A stretch of 64,000 nt of DNA from Bispira polyomma (taxonomy: Eukaryota). The notes under the pieces were generated by a model. It searched no databases. It saw only the letters and a list, made by a program, of their open reading frames with translations, and was not told where the DNA came from. Position 1 is the first letter of the stretch. Every line of letters begins with the position of its first letter. Location: positions 52,142,001 through 52,206,000 of the forward strand of contig OZ287750.1 in the NCBI GenBank assembly GCA_965649765.1, read 5' to 3'. Shown here one piece after another: positions 13,511 to 26,804 of the stretch. The position numbers and the translations under genes are program-made.

Positions 13511-15544
13511 GAGACAAAAAAGTATTATATAAAGAAAATATATGTTGTCATTTCTGAATTACACGTATTTGGAGCCTAATTGTTTGGAATTAGTGTCAAA
13601 TCAGGTAAAATGCTTACTATTGGTTAGAAATGAGAGTGTGATAAAGTCAAGGGTTTTCAGCAGGCCAGTTTAGTAAACTACTGCAATCGTGTGTGTAGTT
13701 TGAGGTCATTATTTTTACACATAAATGAAGTAACCTGAAAGAGATATACACCCATTGAAGTCAGCAGATGAAAATACATATACAATTATGTAATTAGGGT
13801 AGTGGTTTAAAGAACCCTTAGTGAACCCAGCAGAGGATAGAGAGGTAATTTAACGGTGTGTCAAATGTGGTAGTGTTCTACTCAACCAGAAAATAGTGTG
13901 TAACAAGCTGTAATTGACCGGAAACATTACGTTTTACAGTTGGGGGATTTAGTGGAATGGGAGTGAAGTTAGGAATGGCCAGGTTTAAAACAAATACACA
14001 AACTTTACAGAGAACATCTGTGTGAAATAAAAGAATATTGAGGTGTAAACGAAACCCGCTTATCCAAACAGTTAGGGAGTGGAAAAGTTTTTCTTCTATT
14101 AATAGCAGGTGGATCAAAATACAAATTGAAATCTATGCAAAACCATGCAGAGCACATCAAAGTTTTGAGAGAATATGTAATAGGGTTTTATAAAATGAAA
14201 TACTTAGATAGTAAATTGTAATATACACATAGGTCTCACATAGCTCTTATTTACACAAATGGCCACTACAAATCTATCACAGATTTTTTATCCGTGAGGG
14301 ATAGCCATCAACATCTCCATACCCACCATTAAAAACTGAATCTCATCCATACACTCACTGAGCGATAGCTATTATCACCAACGACTCAGCCACATAGCTA
14401 TTATAACCATAGACACAGCCACATAGCCAGGATTTTCATATCAAGGCTTTCACAGTATCTTATGGCTGCACGGGAAAACACATATTGGGAATATTAAGAG
14501 CATATTATGTGAGGCGTAAAATTTTAATGACTGGAATTCTGTAACTTAAAATTAGTTTGGATGATTTCATTAACATTGGAGCCTTGTACCAAGCTAAGTG
14601 GACTCTGGTGTAAATTGTCTATAACCCACACATTTCCTGCCCTGGTATGATAGCTACATTTCTTTGGAGAGGTAATCAGTCCTATATCTCTAGATGATAA
14701 CTACACACCATCTAATATAGTCTGATTTTATGATTGTATCATTAGTTAGAAAGTCTTATTCTCATATGTGGAATTAGTTCTAAATTAAACATGTGTACAT
14801 TGAATTAAGCATAATTTACTCATATATGTACCAGCTCCTCTACTTTTGGACAGTAAAAATGCCATGACTGTAATGAATACATTATCTTAAAGATCTAATA
14901 TGTTGAGATTGTGTCTTTGATTCTGATTGGTTTAATAGTATGGTTAAATCTAGAACTATACATGACCAAGACTGTTTTTTTCTCCATATTGTATTTGGTT
15001 GCCATTATTTATATATTCCAGAAATATATAGGTAATACAGTGACTGTGTATAACTAGAACCTCCAATATTCACAGGATTTGGTTCTAGTTATAGCTAACT
15101 TCCACTTATACCGACAAAAATACAGCATTTTCTAATTTTGGGACCTCAAAACTTGTTCCACTTGTACCTAAATTTGACTTACACTGGTTCTACTTATACC
15201 GAGTCTGCTGTATATATTTAATCTCTCATGTTAGTATAGAAATACATTCATCTAAAGCAGGGATGTACACAGGCAATTTGATGACTCTTTAAATGGAACG
15301 TGGACGTAGGCTTCACTGTTATGTTTCTCAACACCTCGAATCATGTTCAAATTTCCAAGTACATCTGTATCCGTAGTATTAGTTTATCATGGGTTAATAT
15401 TGCTTAATTAAATCTCTACATATTTAACTTAAATTTGTGCCAAATATAATAAGACTCTCTGACACACTTTAAGCCTCAATCAAGGCTGTGTATACACACA
15501 TGTAATCTCTTTATAATAAAATGTGCCTGTGTTATTTCTTCCAG

Positions 15545-15598
15545 GGCAGTAAAGGAGACATGGGAGAGGCAGGCATTCCTGGCGTGGATGGAATTTCT
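15545..15598 (+). CDS. Collagen exon 7 (54 nt) GSKGDMGEAGIPGVDGIS
   Basis: ttccag| ... |gtaagt. Confidence 0.95.
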
Positions 15599-16324
15599 GT
15601 AAGTATTTTGTTGTCATGGTGTTAGGTTGCCATGGTTTCCGCTGTGTGTGTGTGTGTGTAGTTTTTAAAAAAAAATTTCCAGATTTGGTTCCAGTGTGTA
15701 GGAGGATCAGTCTAGATTGCCACTGATAATCCCATTATTTAGTCGTGTTATATCAAAGAATAAATCTAGCGTTATCGGATCCCACGTTAAACATTGGCCC
15801 AGTTATGACATCCTATCTAGAAAATTTTGAAGGGAAAGGGAATGTTATATATATATAGACAACATTCCTGTAGATTCTAACTAGAAGGCGTGCAGTACTT
15901 AATAATAACCAAGTTTCTTGTCTTACGAACAGTCAAAAATACTAGGTAAACATCCATTGAAAAATAGCGCTTATTTTATGCTTTTGGGTCAGTTTTTCTG
16001 GCTGCCGTCAACAAATTATGGTCTGCCTTTAATCTCTGTCTTAATATTAATGATATCAAAATGATTTTTGGCAGCCTTATTTTCTTTAACCTTGAGAAAA
16101 ATTGTTCTACATGTATAAATTTAACCTATATGAACTTTATGTACTACATAAGATTATATATAATTTGAAGTTATTCCTTTATTTATTAAAATGAGAGACT
16201 TCAGTATAGGGTTGTCAGTGGGGGCTTGTGAGGAGGGGTTAGGATATATCTGAGCCCACACTATATAAATACACTGTGTATATTATGACTGACCTACAAA
16301 GTTATCTGCTCAATTAGAGGTGTA

Positions 16325-16946
16325 AAGGTTTAAACACACACAGCCGTATGCGGATCCGGATCGCCAATCCGGTTGTACATCATGAAGACTGTAGGGGGAC
16401 ACACTGGGCCGAATCCGGATGCGGATCTATAGATCCCACCCGGATTTTATTTACACGGATCTTTTTTCTAAATCCCTGACTTATATATTCAGCGGATTTT
16501 ATGTATAGAGTAAACTCTCTATATAAAAATCTAACCTTGTATGAAGCTACAAGAGGTAATTTTATATATATATATATATATATATACAATAAACTCTAAA
16601 TAAATCAACCTTGTAAAGTCACTTTTTGACAGCATGACTTCAACCAAAGATAAGAACGTATTTGTTTGACAAAGAATTAATTGTTTTGTTTACCAGTACA
16701 CTGGTGGGTCTCTTACTTCAATGTGGCTTGTGTTAAAAGACTGTAAAATGTATGATTGCAATCTTCTAAACAGTTATTTTAAAGGTACTTTAAAAAAAAA
16801 TATGGTAAAGCCACTGATCTTCTTCATTACACAGGATTCCCCCGAAAAATTTGTGTCAGTATAGCTGCAAAGAAGATAAATCCCATATGGGATTTAAATC
16901 CCATTCCGCCAAAAAATCCGGATGCGGCTGTGTGTGTTTAGACCTT
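16325..16946. mobile_element. MITE with about 30-bp TIRs (TA or TWA flanks)
   Basis: AAGGTTTAAACACACACAGCCGTATGCGGAT ... ATCCGGATGCGGCTGTGTGTGTTTAGACCTT; internal CGGAT/ATCCG repeats. Confidence 0.8.
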
Positions 16947-18401
16947 TAGACTCGGAGAGTGTTTGGTCACATGACCAAATCTGTCTGGAATCAGGGGTCT
17001 TCCAGTACAACCCTACATGTTTTTAGTTTGTAAGGTGTAAATTACCCAGCGTGATAGAAAACCATGGAAGATGGTTAAAATTAAGAGAAATAGAGTCTCT
17101 CATGATGTTGTGTCATCTTATATTTTCATTCGTATATGTTTTTGGAAATGATTGATTTGTGTTTTACTGATAAAAAGGACAACACTAAGCGAGGTATTTC
17201 AACCTTATTACTAGTTTTACTAATTATTACTGTAGTTATCCAAAAAAATGCCTCCTCTCTTTTAAGCGACCCATCTACATCCACTTGTACATTTGTCATG
17301 TTGGGCTGGTTTGTGGTGTTTATTGTCTTAGTATGTACCACTATTATGACTTATGCTTTTTACAAATTGAAAATGGTGATGTTTTTATATATGTACAGAA
17401 ATATGTCGTATCTCTCAAAATATACAGTATAATTAACAAAAAAAAAAAGTACATTAAATGATATAATCTATTGGTTTAAACATATTTTATTGGCAATTAG
17501 GCAACAATTGATAAATACTATTATATTAAGCCCTTTTGCAAGGTGAGGTATTTTTAGATGTAATATATATGATGACCAAGTAATACAATGTGATATGGCT
17601 GCATAAATAGGTCACTGAAGGCAGTCCAAGCTTAAAAGCAATTCAATTTAACAATGAATTTATGGACTGCTTCAAATATTTTTATATTGTTGTCAAGGTT
17701 AAGGTTAAGGTTCCCAAATAACAGCAGGTCAACTGTTTTCAAGTGTAGGTATTGCATTGAAGAGGTCATCCCTGAATAAAACTTGTTATATAGCATGAAT
17801 AGTTAGATATGAGACAGGTGATGTTACAGTATATTTGTTCCACACCTTTACAATCCTCGTGTACAATTGCATTGCTGCAGGTCATTTATATATAGGTATA
17901 ACTAATAGCAGCTGTGTCCAATTTGGTGTGAATTACCCACCCTAATGTACTCATACACTACAGTTAATATGTCCTCATGTAGGATGTACGGAAAACCGAA
18001 AAAACACTAATATTTTAGGAGAATTTTGTCATAACACTGTGTATCTGATGAAGTGATGAATACAGATGGACACTTTTGATGGATGATGTTACCACTTAAA
18101 TCAAAAGCAGACTACTGAGCCTCATTACTCAAAGAATAACGTGTCTAAACAGAGGTCGGCATTCTCATTTACTTAGGTGTGCCGCCCTTTGTTTGTTTAT
18201 GTGAGTGTGTGTGATGTCTGAGTAATATATACTCATACAAAACACTTTATGTTTAACTTTCACACTATAAAGGCTTCTTCTCTGCCGCCAGAATTTTGTG
18301 TCAATTAACCTTCAGGATCTGTGAGAAAAACCACAAACGAAAAAAAAAACGAGATTTTGTGCAGAGAAAAGCAATGAGGCAGCTGGTGTTATTTAGTTAT
18401 T

Positions 18402-18829
18402 AGTGAGCATTTCCATGCAAGCAATTTTCTGAGGCGATCAGTTGATGGCAATTCCATCAGTTTTATTGATTTAAAACTAAGTGTTTCGATGTGAGCAACG
18501 CCGTCAGGCGGCAGGTAATGCAAGGAAATTTTTTTCGATTCTCAGGAAGCAAAAAAATTGCATGTTGCCGTGTAAATATTCCTGATTCTAGAGTTAAGAA
18601 CTCAGAAATTACTGAAGGTAAAAATTTTGTGAAAATATGGAGAGAAAGCTTATTTGATTGGGTTTATTGTGCTTTTTGTTGCATCAAAATTGGTCGAGAA
18701 ATAGCTAAAATATTTAACTTTAAATAGGGGTATCCATTTAAAAAAAAATAATACTGTGGAAACATAAAACTGATGGAATTGCCGTCAGCTGATCACATCA
18801 GCAAAATTGCCTGCATGGAAACATTCACT
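18402..18829. mobile_element. Element with about 65-bp inverted repeats (MITE-like)
   Basis: 18402-18468 is the near reverse complement of 18763-18829. Confidence 0.7.
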
Positions 18830-18834
18830 CAGAA

Positions 18835-19202
18835 GGAAAAGCTGAGGGAACAGGGTTTTATATAGTGGGGGGACTAGGTGTGTGAGTAAGTCCATGTCTC
18901 CACTTATTAGAGAGGTCAGCTCAGGAACAGGGTTTTATATAGTGGGGGTGGGGGGCTAGGTGTGTGAATAAGCCCAGGTCTCCACTTATTTGTGAGGGAA
19001 GCTCAGGGAACAGGCTTTTACACAGGGAAGGGCGGGCTAGGTGTGTGAGTAAGTCCATATCTTCACGTATTAGTAAGGGAAGCTGAGGGTTTTATATAGG
19101 GGGAGACTAGGTATTGAATAAGTCCACATTTTCACGTATTAGTGAAGGAAGCTCAGGGTTTTTTATAGGCGGAGACTAGGTATTTGAGTGAGTACATGTC
19201 TC
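18835..19202. repeat. Minisatellite, about 70-80 bp x 5
   Basis: Repeated gctcagg(gaacagg)gttttatatag..gactaggtgtgtgagtaagtcca..cacttattag. Confidence 0.8.
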
Positions 19203-19497
19203 AAAAAGTACAAGTTACTAATACAATTTGTTTCCTCTTTGTAAAGTATGTATAACTGTCTCTATACGCAAGAACCCACTGTACTATTAGTGACGGTGAT
19301 AAAAGATTTCACTCATGGAAAAAGAAAAGCTTGATACTTTATAAAAGGATACATTTACAAGATTACAGATTGTTGACACTATTTCAGCATTAATTAAAGC
19401 TGTGTGTGTTAAGCTGCTGCTTTGTGTGTGTATGTATTCCCATGTGTCTCCCTCCCTATCATGTGTTATACAGTGTGTGTGATATGGTGTATTACAG

Positions 19498-19551
19498 GGT
19501 TTACAGGGTACAGATGGGGAGGACGGCTCACCTGGCCAGCGTGGACCAATG
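19498..19551 (+). CDS. Collagen exon 8 (54 nt) GLQGTDGEDGSPGQRGPM (possible alternative start at 19507)
   Basis: ttacag| ... |gtaagt. Confidence 0.92.
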
Positions 19552-20060
19552 GTAAGTCACTTATACATGTATATGTGTGTCTGTATGGCTACAGAGTGGC
19601 TCATATACAGTGAGTCCTACAGGTACATGTGATAAGTCAGTTATACACTAGATGATGTCATAGTAAATTTGTATAAATACAATAAGTTCAACATAAGTAA
19701 GTCTTACAGGTACATGTGGTAGGTCAGTTATACACTAGATGATGTGATAATTATTTCGTATATAACGTCAACATAAGTAAGTCTTACTGGTAGATGTGAT
19801 AATTAAGACATACAGGTACATAATTAATCATACAGGTGCATATCATAAGTAAACCATACAGTAGATGTGATAATTAAGTCATATAGGTAGATAAGTAATT
19901 CATATAGGTACATAACTAATCATAGAGTAGATGTGATAAGTATGTCATAGAGGTACATAAGTAGGTCCCAGAGGTACATGTGATAAGTAAGTTCTACAGG
20001 TAGATGATGTAATAAATAAGTGATAGAGTAGAAAATGTGATAAGTAAGTCATAAAGGTAA
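19552..20060. repeat. Degenerate minisatellite rich in TAAGTAAGTC/CAGGTAC, starting at the exon 8 donor
   Basis: Recurrent ataagtaagtcatacaggtacatgtg-like units. Confidence 0.7.
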
Positions 20061-20063
20061 ACA

Positions 20064-20246
20064 CAGTAGAACCTCTATTATCCAAACATCTATTGTTCGA
20101 ATATTCAATTTTCTTGTCACATTTTCACTCTCTCAAGCTATATTTTCCTATTGTTATATACTAGAATGACCATTGGATGTCATGACCCTTCTAGTATCCA
20201 AAGAAAAGCTTTCTCTCCTAACATATCCAGATAATAAAGGTTCTAT
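20064..20246. mobile_element. Tc1/mariner-type MITE; related ends near 13180, 23310, 28170, 53100
   Basis: CAGTAGAACCTCTATTATC ... GATAATAAAGGTTCTA. Confidence 0.6.
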
Positions 20247-20599
20247 ATCGTATTAGAATTAAGTCATATAGTTAAATAATAGAAGTAAGTTATATAGATA
20301 AGCTAAGGAATATGTTATATATACAGTTAGTCGTACAGGTAAAACAAAAATGTTAGTTGTACAGGTAAAACAAAAATGTAAGTAATTTACAGAGGTACGC
20401 TTTTATATTTCTACAAAGAAATAGTAACCAAATACAGAAGCATTAATAACAAGGAACATATGTTGATCACATCTTTTTGCACTGTTAATTAAATGAGTTA
20501 GTATATTACTTAAAAAGGTACATTATGTATATATAATAGCCTATATTGTATGACACTAGCCACACTGGTCATTATAGTTTGTACTGTTTGTAATTGTAG

Positions 20600-20653
20600 G
20601 GAGATCCCGGACCAATTGGACCTCGAGGTTTTACAGGCACAGCAGGTGCTACG
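20600..20653 (+). CDS. Collagen exon 9 (54 nt) GDPGPIGPRGFTGTAGAT
   Basis: ttgtag| ... |gtaagt. Confidence 0.95.
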
Positions 20654-20956
20654 GTAAGTGTTTTACCTTTTGTATAAGGGGCAAATTGGTCTTTACAGTC
20701 AGCTGGTTTTTACAGGTACAAGTGAGGGGCCTTGCGGTGTAGAGGTACCACTTTTACCTCCCACCTCTGCGGTCATGGGTTCCAATCTTGGTCACAGTAT
20801 GTATATATAAAAAAGTTGAGGGGAAATAGTGTAGCTGTTTCAAATGTTTTTGCCATTTTCTTATTTTAAGCAAAGTTGGCATTATCGTTATCAAATTCTT
20901 ATTATTCTGTGAGGTATATATTGTATTGTTTTGATCACATATTTCTGTGTTACTAG

Positions 20957-21019
20957 GGTAATCCTGGGCCAACAGGGTCACGTGGGCCTAAAGGAGATCA
21001 AGGTCAGCCAGGAATCAAG
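20957..21019 (+). CDS. Collagen exon 10 (63 nt) GNPGPTGSRGPKGDQGQPGIK
   Basis: tactag| ... |gtaagt. Confidence 0.95.
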
Positions 21020-21035
21020 GTAAGTCAACACCATC

Positions 21036-21725
21036 TGTATATCAAGTATGGCTAGCATACCTCAGCCCTGATTGTGTATCAAGTACGGCTAGCATACCTC
21101 AGTCACTTGTATTTATCAGGTATGACTGTCCCTCTTTAGCCACCATGTGTCTATCAAATAGGGCCAGAATACCTCAGTCCTGATTGTTTTTCAAGTATGG
21201 CTACCATACCTCAGTCCTGATTGTTTTTCAAGTATGACTACCATACCTCAGTCCTGATTGTTTATTAAGTATGACTAACATACCTCAGCCGCCCCTCGGT
21301 ATATCAAGTATAAATGTCCCACTTTAGTCATCTTGTGTATATTAAATATGCTCAGCATACCTCAATATTGAATATCAAGTATGGCTAACATATCTCAGCC
21401 CCCTATGTTTAATAAGTCCCACTTTAGCCACCTTTTGTTCAGCATACCTCAGCACTGATTGTGTATCAAGTATTATGGCTGTCATACCCCATCCCTCCTG
21501 TGTGTATAAAGTATGGCTGTCATACCCCATCCCTCCTGTGTGTATAAAGTATGGCTGTCATACCTCAGGCCTCCTGTTTGTATAAGGTATGGCTGTCATA
21601 CCCCAGGCCTCCTGTTTGTATAAGGTATGGCTGTCATACCTAAGCCCTCTTGTGTGTTTAAACTATGGCTGTCATACCCCATCCCTCCTGTGTGTATAAG
21701 GTATGGCTGTCATACCCCAGGCCTC
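21036..21725. repeat. 38-bp minisatellite
   Basis: gtatggctgtcataccccatccctcctgtgtgtataaa; period 21481 to 21519. Confidence 0.85.
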
Positions 21726-21759
21726 TAGTTTTCACAGACTTGTCATTTTGTCATTACAG

Positions 21760-21816
21760 GGACCTCCAGGGGACAGTGCTCAAGGCCCTGGTGCTACTAC
21801 AGTAAAGGGTCCACCG
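21760..21816 (+). CDS. Collagen exon 11 (57 nt) GPPGDSAQGPGATTVKGPP (interruption)
   Basis: ttacag| ... |gtgagt. Confidence 0.92.
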
Positions 21817-24187
21817 GTGAGTGTTATCTAATCTACAGAAGATCATAATGATCTACACTAGCCCCCCCCCCACCCCACCCCCACCCCAGTAGTCTACAGC
21901 AATGATAGGATACACAACATACAGTCATTTACTGTCTAAAAATGTACAAAGCCCCCTAAGAAAGTAGGCTTTAGTTATTTTTACCAAAGATATGAACACA
22001 GACAAAATTAGCTGAGTTTTTGGTAAAAATTAGAATGTCAAGAAGGGGGCTTCAACTTTAACCAAAAACACTTTAACCTAATTATTGAAGTTCTTTGCAT
22101 CTTCTACATTCTTATTTTCAGTAAATGGCTGCAATTCAGCATCTTGACATTCCTTCATTCAGTACATGTTTTCATGTCGGTGTTCGACAATTCGGCAATT
22201 GACAATTTTTATGTTTTCGCTACTAGGAGCAAAAAAATTGCCCGCTGCCTATCGGCGTTATTCACATGGAAACAGATACTTAATAAATCAATGAAACTGA
22301 TAATTTTGCTGTCCGACAATTGGTTGATCCCCTCAGAAAATTGGCTGCATTAAAACATAGACTGACAATAAATGGGCTCAGTGTGTTGAAGACGTTAAGA
22401 TATAGAGATAAAGATACAGTTTCCATTCATTGAGAGTCTTGTGTAATAGTCTGGTAAAAAAGTGTACAAACATAGACATTATCTCTAAACAAAAAAAAAT
22501 AAACCAACACATGTAATAACCCAACAACAACAGAAAAAAAACTGTAATGGTTGCTTCAGATTCCTGCTAACTTATGGCATGGAATTCTTTGTTGGGAGGC
22601 AAAGTGAGGGGATGGGGGGGTGGAGGTTGGGGGGAGAATCGGTCACATAATCAAGTGGGAAAAACCAGCAGCTAGATAAATAGAATCTCTTCATGTGTGA
22701 GACAGAAATCAGTGAGGAACGCTTGATGGAGTTGTCTGTCTGCTCTAATTCTGGGATAGTACATATACATATGATATAAATAAATCACTGAATGGCTTCT
22801 ACAAATAGACAATCTTCTGGGGGGGGGGGGGGAGTTTCTAGACATCTCAGTGAATGAGAATATACCCCATAGTGTTTTATAACAAGTACATCTCCTATTT
22901 ATTGTAGGATCAGTTATTGATATGTTAGGACCAAGTTATCATCAGTTCTGATTGATTAACCATAACTTGTGTGTAAATGGCAGTCAGACATTGAATTTAT
23001 TTATTAATGAAGAAGAACTTCTGTTGTCTAAATTTCTGTTACACAAATATTTGTAGAGTTATTGAATTGTACTTTCTACGTTTCACTTTCCAGCTATTGT
23101 TTAGAGGTAAAACTCCCACCTTTGCAGTTTTGGGTTTAAATCAATCACAGTCATGCATATATATGTGGTCAAAAAACAGTAGACTTGCTGAGGTCCTGTG
23201 TGTTTCAGTGCCAAAATTTGGATCAACCACAGCTTTCCTCATACATTTAACATTTAACAGACAACACCAATTTGCTCCCAAATATACATTTGCCTATTAT
23301 TTTGTATACTAGAACGCCTCTTAATTCCGTCTTTTAAGCCTTCTATTACCAAAACAAAATTCCTGTTGTCTCAAGTTGTTTGGATAATCAAGCTTCTGCT
23401 TTATAAAATGATTGGCAGTGATGTTGTTAGACATGGCAATTCACGTTATGAGTCCTGGGTTATGGGTTATGTACACAAATCTATTCTGTCTGTGCATGAT
23501 TACAAGCTGTGATGCATCTATTGCTCAGTCTGGGAAATCTACTACTGTGAACTTTTGTGCCATATTTGTACTACTCTCCCACCACCCGCCCACCCACACA
23601 CAGACACACAAACCTCCACACCCTCCTCACTTTTAAGTTCTTCCCAAGTTGGTAATTTAAAAAATCAACTTTAAACAGTTTAAGCATTGCCGGAGGAAAT
23701 GTTTGCTTTTGGCCTGTTTGCATTCCAGGGTTTGATAAACTCTGTGTGTGTTAACTATTTTAAAACCAGGTGAGGTTTTTGTTTTATTTGCTCACTGAAT
23801 CTTGGGAGGGCTAATCAGTGGGGTTAACTGGCTCAAAAGAGTTAAGGTACAGTTCAATGGAGTGAGTGATATATACATATTAGCCAGTCAGAGACTGGTA
23901 TCTCAGTTTAAGGTTCTAACAAGTACAGACTTTTTAACAGATCTAAAGGTCTACAATGTACTCATTTAGGTTTTTAGTGCATTGTGTACACCTGTCAGTC
24001 TCCAGGAAGGAAATTTAAAAAGAAATTTAAAAAAATAAAGCTTTTTTTCACAGCAACATTTGGACATACTGCTTTGTTGTTAGTGTTTGATTCCTTTTGT
24101 GATGATACTGTATATATTTCAGTATGTACTGAAACTCTTTACAATTTAACAGTATATATAATGTAATGAGGCCTTAACTTCAGATTT

Positions 24188-24403
24188 GGGAGCCGCTGTG
24201 GCCCACTAGGCCTAGTGGTTATATGAGGGCATATTTCACAATCACAGGCCTCCCACCAATGTGGGTTTGAATTCTGTTTGTTCTTACATGTGGAGCAGTT
24301 TGTCAGGTACTATCCGTAGGTCGGTGGTTTCTTCCACCATTAAAGCTGACTCTCATGATATGACCTAAGCTGTTGAAAGTGATGTAAACCCAACTAAATT
24401 CAA
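24188..24403 (+). mobile_element. tRNA-derived SINE (Meta-SINE-like); related copy at 51445-51680, 3' fragment at 26225-26395
   Basis: ggcctagtggtta head, cgtaggtcggtggtttc core, gttgaaagtgatgtaaac tail. Confidence 0.75.
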
Positions 24404-24467
24404 AATCTCTTTACTAAAGGAAATTTATATAATTTATGGATAGTACATACTTTTTGTATAATCTCAG

Positions 24468-25003
24468 CGGATGTAGGACAAAAAGTATTTGGACAAAAAG
24501 TATTGCACAAAAAAGAACCTAGACAAAAAGTATTTGGACCAAAAGTATCACACTTAGGACAAAAAGTATTTTATTTTTTTATTAGGTGTGAGTTTTATTT
24601 TTGATATCTCTTTCAAATCATAAATATAGTGTATTTTTAATAAATATTTTCAGTATGCTCTTGTAAGTTGAAGCAGTTAAGGTGCACAAAAAATTCAGAG
24701 CATAGATTAAAGATACAAACCTGCTCACGAAGATTAAGATTTACATCTATATAAACTGGATAAATTTGTTCTGTCATTATTCAAATTATTTTCATCATGA
24801 AGATAATTACAAGCAACATGTTTATGTTCATACTAATTTTGGTTCAATTGGGGAGTACCAAATGAAAAATCCTGGCTACTTCTCTGAATATTCATATAAT
24901 AACAAATCTTTATCAAAAAAATAAAAATACTTTTTGTCCAAATACTTTTTGTCCAGGTTCTTTTTTGTTTCATACTTTTTATCAAAATAACTTTTGTCCG
25001 TGT
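24468..25003. mobile_element. Foldback-type element with modular GGACAAAAAGTAT inverted arms
   Basis: Tandem ggacaaaaagtat at 24476-24580 mirrored by atactttttgtcc at 24915-25000. Confidence 0.7.
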
Positions 25004-25633
25004 TTTTCACCATACAAGTGAATACAGTGAGTGTTTTGTTTAACATGACCATGCAGTGTATTTGTTTTGAGTAATAACAAGGCAAAAGTGGTCCGAACAC
25101 TTTACACTACACGTGTGGACAGTCAGTGTGACCATGCTTAATTGATCTATATATAGAATATCATACGCTGATGTCTTCTTGGTGAAGTATCTATCTTATA
25201 TCCAGTTCATTGGAATAATTTCACTGAAAACCAGTGGTTGTAGTTGGGGTGACTGTGTCATTAATGTTGTGACATCACGAAACAATGGCATTGGACTGTT
25301 CTAGGTTGTTTATGGCCATGTACCATGAAATGGATGCCAGTATATGGCTTTAAGTTCACATATGTGCCATTAAACCCCAGCTAGTCCACATTAGTGATAA
25401 TCTATAATACTTTAATGATAAAAAATGGCCAATGAGTGATGTAAGTGTAAACTATAAGAAGGAAAACACTGCAATCTTTGGGATTTATTCTACACTCTAC
25501 AATAACGCATACAACATATAACTACAGTTAAAAGGGTTAATTCTATATGTATACAGTACCCTAGCCACACATTGTTTTTGTAATTGTCACCACACACGCT
25601 ATCTATGTAACCAGGTTTTGTTGTTATTGCCAG

Positions 25634-25777
25634 GGCCCCAAGGGATCCCAGGGAGAGGAGGGCCCAGCAGGACGTGGGGGGAAACCCGGCCCACAAGGGG
25701 TTCCTGGCACACCCGGATTGGATGGCGTGCCCGGCATTGTGGGTCCTAGGGGAGAAATCGGGCTTCCAGGAGAACGG
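25634..25777 (+). CDS. Collagen exon 12 (144 nt) GPKGSQ...GLPGER
   Basis: tgccag| ... |gtaggt; 16 triplets. Confidence 0.96.
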
Positions 25778-26728
25778 GTAGGTGAAAGCCGGAGATATAA
25801 CCAATCTAATCAATTCTGTTATGGTCCAATCATGTTATGGTGGACAGAAGAAATGGTTGTTACAAGGGAGAGAGTCAGTGATGGTAAAAACTTGTCGGGT
25901 GGGACAAGCTTTTTAATAGAGATGTGTCTTGAGCTTGCTTGTAAAAGTTGAAAGAGAAGGTCAGCATCTGATATCTAATTTAATACTGGGTTTGTATTTA
26001 CTAATAGACTTTTAGCAAAGTCTTAGCCTCATATAAAGCAGCACAAAAGAGGCTTGCTACTGCTGGGATTTGATCCTGTGTTGTCATGGATCTTGAGATA
26101 AATAGTCGAGTACAACAGTTGCGCTAAAGTTGGAAACTCCATAAGCTATTTTATGTGCTGATATACACTGATATTACATGCACAAAGGTATACTAGATTT
26201 AAGCCTAATTGCTTAACTAAGTCTGTCAGTGAGTACCGCCCCTGAGTAGGTGGATGTGTAGTACAAGTAGTTTCTACTGTCAAATCTTGACCAACTAGAA
26301 CACACTGGTTTTCTCCAGCTCTTAAATTGTTCGTCATGATATGACCTATACAATCTGTTGAAAGTGACTTTGAACCCAAATAGAACAATTCAAATGATGA
26401 AATATATAGTAGTAAGTAGGTAGGTGCAAGGATGGTATATATTTTTCACATGTTCTCAGGCACAAGTGTTTAAGTTTTTGGTAATTGCTACTTGTTTTCT
26501 CATACTGATAAAGTATCATGGGGTCATTACATGTACATAGTTTATAGTGTTATACTCTAATAAAGAAAAACTAAAGAATACTTAGAGGTGCCATATGTGT
26601 CACATTAATCTAGTTATCTCAATTCTTTACTATATTTGTGATTCCTGATCAAGCTGTCCGCTATTATGTACACATTTCTACAGTTACAAGGACTTGATCA
26701 TCATAACCTGTGACATCTGTATTTGTAG

Positions 26729-26782
26729 GGAGCCAAAGGAGATGAGGGAAAAGAGGGCAAGAAGGGGAGTACAGGAACTCCT
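26729..26782 (+). CDS. Collagen exon 13 (54 nt) GAKGDEGKEGKKGSTGTP
   Basis: ttgtag| ... |gtaagt. Confidence 0.95.
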
Positions 26783-26804
26783 GTAAGTATATAGTGTACT
26801 AGTG

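Noticed and set aside
16988-17005. GGA ATC AGG GGT CTT CCA (GIRGLP) as a missing exon
   Set aside because: Only two triplets, no adjacent acceptor, poor donor.
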